DNA from: Octopus bimaculoides
Lineage: Eukaryota
Assembly (NCBI RefSeq): GCF_001194135.2
Contig: NC_068990.1
Span: 78,363,498-78,427,497 of the forward strand
DNA: 64,000 bases
Reading direction: 5' to 3'
Part shown: in pieces, positions 52,133 through 62,128 of the stretch
How the letters are laid out: each line of letters starts with the position of its first letter
Numbering within the stretch: position 1 is the stretch's first letter
Position numbers and translations under genes: made by a program
Notes under the pieces: model-generated
The model's database searches: none
What the model saw: only the letters and a program-made list of their open reading frames with translations
Told to the model about the DNA's origin: nothing

Positions 52133-53072
52133 CTATAAACCATAGGGAAGATGGTCTCCAGCTACTGTTTAAATGCAGATCATCTGCAGCTAAAGGTTAC
52201 TGAACCATTGTTAGTAACATCAGTTATATTGCTATTAAAATTTAGAGGATCAAAGCAAACGTTGCTAGGAAGACTACAGTTAATAATGTATGTTGCTTTA
52301 GTTTTATAGAGAATAATTTTAAGTTGAAACTAATTCAGTTAGATACGTTGGTGATGTTGTGTCAAATGGTCAGAGTTATTGAAGAGTGAGTTTCATAACA
52401 TGCAGTCGTAGCATTACCATGAAATGAAGGATATTTTATTTGGATGATGCATGTGTATGTCTGCATGTGTATGTGAGTGATGTCTTGCACGTGCTTGTGT
52501 GTCTGTTTGTGTGAAGGGAAGGGCTGTTTAGGGAGGAGGGGCAGTAGGAGTAGGTCATGCCTTCCACTACTCAACAACATTTAGTTTCCTGTCAGGGTCT
52601 CTAGACTAGTGCATTGAACTATGGTCCTACACAATCACACAAATTACACACACATCTGAGCAGCAGACCTGAAGATTTCGGAAGGACTTTTCGGCATCCC
52701 ATCAGTTCTGAATTCAAGAAAAGGGAAAGCTAATCAAATATTTCATTTGAATATAAAGGAATTGAGAAAAATAATTGCAAAAAAATTTAACATGAGAAAC
52801 AATGTGATAAAAACTATTTAAAGTATGAAACATGAAATCCATCTCAATACAAACAAATTCTTCTTTGTTTAAATAAATCTTTTACTTGTTAAAATAATTA
52901 TTTAAAATTGAAACATGGAAAACAATTGTTGGACAATCAAGCTACTGAATGGACAATACAAGTAACTTTTCTTGTCCTTTCAAAATACTGATACTTCCTT
53001 TTACTATATGTAGGCCACTTCAATGTCACTATGATTTTTTTTCTTTTGTTAAAAAGAAAACAATAATAAGAA

Positions 53073-53457
53073 TGGTTTCAAATACTGGCACAAGGCCAGC
53101 AATTTCGGGGAAGGAGTAAGTCGATTATATTGACCTCTGTACTTATTTTATCAACCCCCAGAGGATGAAAGGCAAAGTTGACCTTGGAGTAATTTGGAAA
53201 AACTTAATCTACCGCTTCTGCCATGACCATCAATAATAAAAATAATCCTTTTTACTACAGGCACAAGGCCTGAAATTTTGGGGGAGGAGTTAAGTTAATT
53301 ACATTGACCCCAGTACTCAACTGGTACTTAATTTATCGACCTCAAAGGATCAAAGGCAAAGTTGACCTCAGCGGCTTGAACTTAGAATGTAATGATAGAC
53401 GAAATACCGCTAAGCATTTCGGCCGGTGTGCTGATGATTTGGCCAGCTCGCTCTCTT
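53073..53457 (-). mobile_element. Two tandem SINE family A copies (53073-53196 truncated; 53245-53457 full length)
   Basis: ggtttcaaatactggcacaaggccagc...ggatgaaaggcaaagttgacc; caggcacaaggcctgaaattttg...gacgaaataccgctaagcatttcggccgg...gccagctcgc. Confidence 0.92.
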
Positions 53458-53528
53458 TAAAGAAGGAAACTGGACTCGCCCTTTAATTATAATAATAATA
53501 ATTTTTTCTACTTAAGGCACATATTTGG

Positions 53529-54500
53529 TACAGCAAATATTCTGCTCAATACTATGGATTTGCTTGTCAGTTGTTTGACCTTAACCAGTTGAGCATGTCC
53601 CTTAGTGGCTAATGATATGTGCATCTCTGATCATGAGTAGAAGCAGTGGGGGAGCATCATAGCCATGTGTTGAGAGGAATTCTTTGGGGTTTGAATAATT
53701 CACCTCTGGAAACGTGGGTGTTTCATTTATCATCCTTAAACAGACCTTATTCAGGGACCTTTTGAGAGGGATGGGCTACTAAACCTGAAAAAAATTCTGA
53801 CTAGGCTTCACCTGCGAGGTCATGCACTGTTTGTCTTGATATAAGATCATCATGTTACACACATGTGGTTGTGATGCATGTGCCTGGTGTATCCTTATCA
53901 GACGGGTAGTCATGATGGGTATATTGGGCGTCATATATTTGTACCCCAGTGTCACTTTGATAGCATATGTTGCTCTCTCACTCAATAATGCCCTGATGCA
54001 GTACTAGAGAGTGGTTCTCATGATCTCAACTGATTGGAAGTGTTATCATGTCTATGTTTTGTCTTGGTGTAAAAGATGGCCTACAGCAAATTCTGTGTTC
54101 AACACCACAGATTTGCTTGTCAGTGGTTTGACAGTAACCAGTTGAGCTGACAATGTGTGTATCTCTGATGAGGAGCAAAAGTAGTAGGTGAGTATCATAG
54201 TCATGTGCTGAGAAGAAATCTTTGGAATTTGAATACTCTACCTTTGGAAACAGGGGTGTTTTGTTCATCATCCTTAAGCAACTCTTATTGACGGACCTTT
54301 TGAGCAGGATGAGCTACTCAACCTGAAGAAAATTCTAACTGTATCCTACTTGCAAGGTTATGTGCTGTTATCTTGATATGAGATCACTATGTCATGCATT
54401 ATATGGTTGTGGTACATGTACCTGGTGTAACCTTATCAGACAGGTGTACCCCGGTGCCACTTTGATAGCATGCACTGCTCTCTCACTCAATAATAATAAT
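53529..54500 (+). mobile_element. Two tandem copies (53529-53989, 54011-54500) of the ~500-bp AAT-tailed retroposon
   Basis: Colinear with each other and with 36689-37200; second copy has internal deletions and an (AAT)n tail. Confidence 0.85.
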
Positions 54501-55708
54501 TGCAAATATTTACTTTATTGAAACAAATAGAGTGAAAGGCTCTTATATTTTCTCAGTTTAATATGATCAGTTTGATTTCCAAAGAAAAAGTTCAAGTGGG
54601 ACTAATCTCAGATAATTCTTGAGAGATGTTGAGAGCAGAATTTGAATCCTGCACCATTTACTTGAAGACAATTGTCCATTATGAGTTTTTGCTGTCTAAT
54701 TGATATTTTACTGATCATTTTCAAAATAAAAGTGCTTTGAAGAAGTATGGCTTGAAGGAACATCTAAGTAAGAGTTCCAAGCCCCATTCCCTTGAGACAT
54801 TTTGTGGAAATTTGTGAAAGTAAAGCAGTTTTAATATGATGGACATAATAAATATAAAACAATCATTAACATAGCATAATTAAGAAGTGTAGTATGACTG
54901 AACCACTAAAACAATACAATATAGCAGGAAAATTTCTACAATTGACTGCCAAAATCTTTGTTGCTTGTCAACAACAAGGAATTTTAATTCCAAAGAGAGA
55001 GCCTTTACAGGGTTGTTCAACCTGCTAAACATAGCAGCCATATTTGAAAAATAGGGGAACAGAGAGAAAGAGAGAGTGTGTGTGTTCTAGCTTTAAACCC
55101 ACTAATGGAGTACAAGTGAAGCCCTCTTCTTTCACCTCATTTATATTACCTAACCTTCAATATGCTAAATTCCAAATTTTACATTCCTAACGTAAAACAC
55201 TGTAGCTTGGTTGTAGCAATTCAATTGTCCATATTTCAAACTTCACACAAAATACTTAACAAATGTTTTTAATTATTTTTGCACAGAATATTTTCAGAGG
55301 AAAATAAACACAATGAACATATATATATATATATATATATAAAACAATACTTCCATTTAAAGTTTAAAATCATTGCAAACTTTGAATGTATTATTATTTC
55401 TATATTTTTCTTCTCTATAGTACAACACACAGGTACAATAAAGTCACATTCAACAACAAGACTACCTGTAGATTTGTCACAACAAAAAAATACAAAAAGT
55501 GATCGTTATAAAATAAAGTTAGAATTGCTTGATGGTGAAGATTACTAGAAAAATAAGCTATGGACCAAATTGGCAAATAAGAAAACAAGGCAAACATTAG
55601 AACTGAGATTTTTATCAACAGAATTCCTAACACAGATTTTTTTTTTATGGGTAAGCAAGTTTATTCCACACACTAAAGATGATGCATTAAAATTTATTTT
55701 TGCATTAA

Positions 55709-55944
55709 CCCTTTGTCTGTCCAAAGCATTTTCATAAGTTTATCCTAAACATCCATACTTGCTTTAAGATCTTTAGTAGGCCCTTGCTTCATACATTCTG
55801 AGTAATAAAAGGCTTTCCTTTCATAAGTCTCAAGTTAACCCTGGTGGCTGAAAAAAATATTTGGAATGTGCATCATATATGATGCATAGACGCCAGAGAA
55901 ATATGTCCTGGATATGACATGCAATACACAGGACAGGCAAATGG
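55709..55944. mobile_element. piggyBac-like MITE (236 bp) with 14-bp TIRs and TTAA TSDs
   Basis: TTAA|ccctttgtctgtcc ... ggacaggcaaatgg|TTAA; TTAA at 55705-08 and 55945-48. Confidence 0.82.
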
Positions 55945-56573
55945 TTAAGTGCAATTTATTTAATTCTTTTTCTTAAAAAATATTAAATGCAATTATTTTC
56001 AAATTTTCAGTGGTTATTCACTATTATTTCAGTGATAGTATGGGTTAAATTGTTCTGGAAAACAAAACAAATGGCTGAATTTTTAAACAAGAATTTTGTG
56101 AAAGGTGTTATTACCTTTTTGAAGGCTATTTTCCAATTCCATCCCAAGTAAAGCAGACTTGTATCCAGTTAACATATATTGCTTTAATATGTCTTTTACT
56201 GAAAGTACTTTCACATATTGACTTCAGTTCAATCTCAAATAATGAGCTGAATTCTTGTTAATAGGGAAATAAAAGCCTTCTGAAAAGTAATACAGGTATG
56301 ATTGATCTCAAATTCCCTTCATATAATGGTTCGGATGTTTACATGAAGACCAGCTGTTTATAATAACCTTAAATATTTCCAAGGAGGTTCCCTTCTAAAC
56401 AGTTTATTCTTGGTTGTTGCTCTATACCAACATAAATAGAACGTTCTCTCTCTCTCACACATCTATATACATATAACACATACACACACACACAAATAAA
56501 AACCAAAAACAGACAAATTGTGCAAATAATACAAATAATAAATAAAAACACAAAGAAAATTAACGTAACTTAC

Positions 56574-56642
56574 CTTGAGAAAGACCTTTCAATTTTGGCT
56601 CGCCGCTTACTTTCTTCTAGAGTTTGATATTCTGTTTTGCCA
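56574..56642 (-). CDS. PTPN4: PTPN3/PTPN4 orthologue, exon 3: FERM-adjacent region, (S)GKTEYQTLEESKRRAKIERSFS(R)
   Basis: Long polypyrimidine tract ...gattctcttttag|T...TCTCAAG|gtaagt; 69 nt, phase 2 to 2; completes the FRY-S-GKTEYQT motif. Confidence 0.95.
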
Positions 56643-57747
56643 CTAAAAGAGAATCAGGAAACAATAGAGGAACACAGCGAAACAGAATCATAAAAGAAGT
56701 TGAAAACAAGACAGTGTAACACCTTACAAAGATAAAATGCTTGAACTTTTATTCTGTTTTTGCCACACACAGTTGCATGCAAGTTAAACAAATTTCGTTC
56801 TGTTCAAGAAATTTACATAGTTTTGATAACTGTTAGCTGACTCAGGTAACAAAAGTCTGAAAATAATCATATCTTCCCACTTGTTTGTTACCTGGGTAAG
56901 ATTGGTGGTATGTTTTGATTAGGTAATGACAGTAACTTCCACCTTGCTCCTGTCCTATAACAAAAGAAATGGAGAATAGCCAAGAACCAGATTGTTTAAA
57001 CTTCTGAAGAACTAAAGCCAAAACCAAATCTCAAAGCAGGAGTTTGCAAATGAAGAAACAGATTATTTCCATTGAAATAAAATTTATAGTTAGATTAAAA
57101 TAACTTTTCAAGAGCTTAACACGATGTCCACATCAAAATATAAACACATAACCTAGGGATTCAGTACCTTATCCCTTTGGTTCAAAGATTTCTAAACAAT
57201 TTAACTAAGGAGAAATAAGCCATTCCTCAACAGACACTTGTTAAATTTTAGAATGCAATTTTCATACCAATAGACAAACTTATGATGAACATTTGCATTT
57301 TATGTGTACTGTTACTAATGACTTCTTGTATAGATATGAAAGTTTATACAAGAAGAATCTGTTGCCTAGAGATTTAATGCAATACTCACAAGAGGATACA
57401 AACTCACAATAGTCATGGGCCTGGAATATTAACTAAGTTACCAATAACAGTTTTATGCAGAAAAGGAAAGTTGGAAAATATGTAGCTAATAATTGAAATG
57501 ATTCATCTTTTAGTTCTGCAAGATATCTAATAATCAGGTAATTTGGACTATTTTTCTTGAATTTTTTATGTACATTTTTTAACCTTTGATTTGTAGAATA
57601 AGAGGAGAAGTTTCAGGCTCAGAAGCTGATTTTGTTGTTGATATCCTGAAATCAGTTTGATACACAACAGCACAAATCATAGATACAGCTGACCATGAAA
57701 CCGACTTCAGGAGTGAGTGAGAGAGAATGAGAGACTGAAGTAATTAC

Positions 57748-57908
57748 CTGTATCGAAATTTAGAACCTAATGAAAAAATTTTCTTTGATGGTGGGTTTGG
57801 TGCATGAAGACGGAAAAACGTGTGGTGTTCAACACAGGACTTCCACAGATTCTTGCAAGAGCGGTAACTGACCATATTGAAACCAATCAAATTTTCAACT
57901 GTATCATT
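57748..57908 (-). CDS. PTPN4: PTPN3/PTPN4 orthologue, exon 2: end of FERM C-lobe, NDTVENLIGFNMVSYRSCKNLWKSCVEHHTFFRLHAPNPPSKKIFSLGSKFRY(S)
   Basis: tatgcttcag|AAT...TACAG|gtaatt; 161 nt, phase 0 to 2; inside ORF 57744..58025(-). CKNLWKxCVEHHTFFRL and LGSKFRY are band-4.1 hallmarks; GFNMVxYR points to PTPN3/4. Confidence 0.96.
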
Positions 57909-58389
57909 CTGAAGCATATAAAAACAAAAAATTTTTGGAAACAAAAGGAATTTGAAAAAGTTAAAATGAAAATGAGAAAATTTAGGTAAGTCACACATTA
58001 TTCTAGAAATGAAAAAAAACCCCAAATAATATCAGATAAAAAACAATTGTACACACAAAAGGCAAAAGAATATGATATGAGAAAATTTGTAAGAAACGAT
58101 ATACTTTGAACTGTACCTAGCAAAAATATGGAAATCATTGCAAGTTTGTGTGAATCTGTGCAGTTTTGTATAAAAAGATTCTATGTACAAAAGTAAATTA
58201 GCATTAAGAGTTTCTGATTGAGGGCTTAAGATTCTTGATTAAGGTTCAAAACAGATATTGTGGAAGATCTCAATTGTCTGATCAACTCTTTTACCTGTAT
58301 TACCTGTTCCTAAATTATTGTGTGAATATTCCACAGACACGTGGGCCTTTAATGGAATTCTCAGGTATTATTAGTGTGACAAGACTGAT

Positions 58390-58550
58390 AGGCTTCAGTA
58401 CAATTTTCATCTCTCCAAATTCACTAAAAAGGTATGGGTTGACCCGAGGAGACAGAAAATGACATACTCAAGATGCTATGCAGCAGGATTGAAACCAAGA
58501 TACTGAAGTTGTGAAGTGAATTTAGTCATTCAGTTACACTGGACCTACTA
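58390..58550 (-). mobile_element. Degenerate CORE-head SINE fragment in the 940-nt intron
   Basis: ggcttcagt..ctctccaaattcact..gggttgacccgagg..gacatactcaagatgc..ggattgaaacc matches the reverse complement of 31905-32010. Confidence 0.6.
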
Positions 58551-58848
58551 AGACAGATTTACAGAATGCTGGAAACTGTTTGTCAGAGTTACCAGTTTGC
58601 ACAGTGACAAATCACTGTGAGATATAAGTTACAATATACATAGACTGGGGCACTACAATTAGGGTTTTGGCCAATCATATCTTATCTTGATGAATCTCTC
58701 TTTGCTAAAGCCCTACCTGCATGGGCCATGAAGTTACAAAGAACAACACTGGTTTTTACAATGGGATCAAATTCTTTAAAACATGGTCAAACATACAGTC
58801 ATGCCTTTTCCTATTAATATATATTTATAGAAACAACTTATCACTTAC

Positions 58849-58912
58849 CACTTCTCGACGTAACTGAATGAAAAACTGTTTTCGTTTAAAGGATATCTTC
58901 ACTATTTTTGCC
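58849..58912 (-). CDS. PTPN4: PTPN3/PTPN4 (PTP-MEG) orthologue, internal exon 1 in window: FERM C-lobe, (W)AKIVKISFKRKQFFIQLRREV
   Basis: Minus strand ttttcctatag|G...GAAGTG|gtaagt; 64 nt, phase 2 to 0. Peptide matches the PTPN4 FERM-C segment as I recall it (W.KIVKISFKCKQFFIQLRKE). Missed by the ORF track because it is short. Confidence 0.95.
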
Positions 58913-59254
58913 CTATAGGAAAATAGACAAAAAATTAAATTTTATGCAACAGTATACAAACTAGGTGTAATTTACTTTTGACCCTGTAGCACATAAAAGG
59001 GAGAAGAATTTTATAATTTAAGCTGTACAGAAAAATGATCTCATAATTATCATAAATATCATATCACATCATTATCATTGCAAGAAACATAGTGTACACA
59101 GGATTTGTTTTCAAAAATAGTTTCTCATGCCACATTCTTCTGTATTCAATTCTGGTAACACATCAGCTATGCAATTCATTTGTTGGGATGTTGGCTTTGT
59201 GGTTAATTAATGCTATCTATGCTCTATAAATGTCAAAGTAAGATGTCATCATCA

Positions 59255-59291
<37 letters not shown>

Positions 59292-59454
59292 GACAGTTGT
59301 CATAGCAGAAAGTTGTCAGGGTGCAAAAAGTAGTTTTAATTTCTAGTTTAAATTATTTAATACATGTAAACTCAAACAATTTTGCTTATATTTATACAAG
59401 TAAAATTTTTATCTAATAAATTATTATTGTTGTTGTTTAAAAAATCAACTTTGG

Positions 59455-60799
59455 TAGCATTTGAACTTTTACATTCAGAGTTCAAATCCTGCTGAAGTCA
59501 ACTTTACTTTTCATCCTTCTAAGGTTGAAAAAATAGATCTGTCAAGTACTGGGTCAAGAGAATTGACTGCACATCCTACAATGTTTCTGGGTCTGTGCCT
59601 ACTTCTTTTGTCTTTATGCTCTGGACACAAATTCCACTGAGGTTGACTTTGCTTTTCAAGTACTGAGATTGATGTAATCAACTTGCCTCCTGCCATAAAA
59701 TTTCAGCCCTTGTACCTCTAGTAGAAAGGATTATTATTGTCATGATCACCACTATCATCACCATTGTAATTTCTATAGCAATGCAATACCAGATATTGTT
59801 GAGTCTCAGTTCAAAAGCCTTCAGAAAGAAGTCGGAACCTTCTATGATTGAAATTCCAATCTACAAGCGCTCATTTAGCCTCTTTAACCTTCATGGGAGC
59901 AAGAAAATAAATATCAGCAGTATAATGGATCAATTGCCTACCAAATTATTATTATTATTATTAGGTGGCAAGCTGGTAGATTCGTTAGCAGACTGGACGA
60001 AATGCTTAGCAGTATTTTGCCTGTTGCTACATTCTGACTTCAAATTCCACCGAGGTTGACTTTCATCCTTTTGGGGTCGATAAAATAAGTAACAGTTGAA
60101 CACTGGGGTCGATGTAATTGACTCATCCCCACCTCTCCCAAGCTGACCTTGTAGCAAAAATTTGAAATTGTTATTATAATTATTATTATGATTAAGAAGG
60201 TAAGCTGGCACAATCATTAGCATGCTGGACGAAATGCTTAGCAGTATTTTATCCGTCTTCATGTTCAGAGTTCAAATTCTGCCAAGGTCAACTTTGCCTT
60301 TCATCCTTTCAGTGTCAATAAAATAAATACCAGCCAAATACTAGATTCAATGTACCCTCACCTCCCCTTGAAAGTGCTGGCCTGGTGCCAAAATTTGAAA
60401 TCATTATTATTATTATTTAATTTTGCAGTGCTTGCTTCTGGAAATTAATGGTTTCTGGTCAGATATGGTTTCTGGTCAGATAACATTTTCAAACCTAAAT
60501 TGTCCAAGCTAATAATTGTTGAGATGAATAGCAGTAATACCTCCCTTTACAAGATCCTGGGTATATGGCGGCGAGCTGGCAGAAACGTTAGCGCGCCGGG
60601 TGAAATGCTTACCGGTATTTCGTCTGCTGTTACGTTCTGAGTTCAAATTCCGCCGAGGTCGACTTTGCCTTTCATCCTTTCGGGGTCGATAAATTAAGTA
60701 CCAGTTACGCACTGGGGTTGATGTAATCGACTTAATCCCTTTGTCTGTCCTTGTTTGTCCCCTCTATGTTTAGCCCCTTGTGGGCAATAAAGAAATAAG
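59455..60799 (+). mobile_element. Cluster of five head-to-tail SINE family A copies (about 59455-59605, 59627-59730, 59963-60167, 60197-60401, 60567-60799)
   Basis: Each has [gagttc]aaatt/tcc..gaggt.gacttt..ttcatcc; A-box-like tggcagaaacg and B-box gagttcaaattcc in the last copy; (ATT)n spacers. Confidence 0.92.
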
Positions 60800-60979
60800 T
60801 ATATGGCTTTTATTTTTCAAGCACAAGATTCAAATTTTGAATGAAGTGCAAAAGTCTCTACTACCATAACAAATACTTCTGCATGTTACTGAGAAATTTA
60901 TAGAGAGTAAACAAAAAGTTTCTTCTAAACAAACAAACTCTAGACTTATCTTTTAAAAAGAAATCTACAAATCTGTCTA

Positions 60980-61307
60980 TGAGTGCTTGTGAATTGGTGA
61001 TCGCATCTACAAGTGATGGTGTGCGTGAGTCCAGTGCAAGTGAAAGTGATTCAGAAAATGATTATAATTAATAATATTTTTTTTATTATAAATGATCTTG
61101 ACATTTTTTTACTTTACATAAAGTATTCTTGACATTTTACAGTTGTTTTATTGCCATTTATTTACAAGTATTACAAATTTCATGGGTAAAAAATATATAT
61201 TTTTGGAAATGAATTACGATTTATAACATTGCTACTATGGGAAATTATTGTTCTACTTTATGAGCAGTTTCCGGGAACAAATAAACTTGTATATCATGGT
61301 CTTACTG
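60980..61307. mobile_element. pogo/Tigger-like non-autonomous DNA transposon end
   Basis: Right end ...cttgtatatcatggtcttactg|TA (reverse complement TA|CAGTAAGACC...); left TIR not found. Confidence 0.45.
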
Positions 61308-61435
61308 TATATATCAAACTGTCCACACACACAAAACAGTAGAATAACAACAAAACCTTCAAGAAATTTATAAAAAAACAAACAAATTAAAAATAAAGAA
61401 ACTGTTCTCCTGTTACTCTGTAAATACTTAAGTAC

Positions 61436-61607
61436 AATAATAATAATAATGATGATGATAATGATGATAATAATAATAATAATAATAATAATGATAATAA
61501 TAATAATAATGATAATAATAATAATAATAATGATAATAATAATAATAATAATGATAATAATAATAATGATAATAATAATAATAATAATAATGATAATAAT
61601 AATAATG

Positions 61608-61686
<79 letters not shown>

Positions 61687-61706
61687 CAACAACAACAACA
61701 ACAACA
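61436..61706. repeat. 270-bp (AAT)n array with periodic GAT interruptions, ending in (AAC)n
   Basis: Directly visible; source of the poly-L, poly-Y and poly-I pseudo-ORFs. Confidence 0.97.
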
Positions 61707-61797
61707 ATTCATACAATACAAAAATTAATATTTTCATGAATTCTGAATGTTTATCCATTTTGTAAATAAAAGGAAGACAGAAAAAATGATAAAATAT

Positions 61798-61835
<38 letters not shown>

Positions 61836-61950
61836 CTTTTAAGAATGACTATAAGAAATGATTAAGAGATACAACCTCACTTGTAGTTTTTCCCACCACG
61901 CACACACATATACACACACACATACATATACATACTTGTACATACGTACA

Positions 61951-61988
61951 CATGCTAGCATGGAAAGCGGACGTTAAACGATGATGAT
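61951..61988 (+). mobile_element. 38-nt terminal RTE tail insert
   Basis: catgctagcatggaaagcggacgttaaacgatgatgat is the exact reverse complement of the 42818 copy end. Confidence 0.85.
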
Positions 61989-62128
61989 ATGCATACACAC
62001 ATACATACATACATACATACACATACCTATGTATGTGTATATATATGTATGCATGTAGCTGGCCAAATCTTCAAGGTCACTTTCAATAATATTCTTGTTT
62101 AAGACTAACACACACACACACAAACATA

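Larger units (their letters stand above)
29278..56573 (-). other. 27.3-kb GT-AG intron of the PTPN4-like gene
   Basis: Bounded by the exon 3 donor and exon 4 acceptor; the protein motif ERSFS-R-SPSK is continuous across it. Confidence 0.9.

Noticed and set aside
55709-60750. Identical 14-mer ccctttgtctgtcc at the MITE TIR (55709) and in the SINE tail (60737)
   Set aside because: Several chance 14-mer matches are expected in 64 kb; no further similarity.
61387-61758. Poly-Leu, poly-Tyr/His and poly-Ile ORFs
   Set aside because: Translations of the (AAT/GAT/AAC)n microsatellite; likewise the CV, HT, YI, SL and RE repeat ORFs elsewhere.
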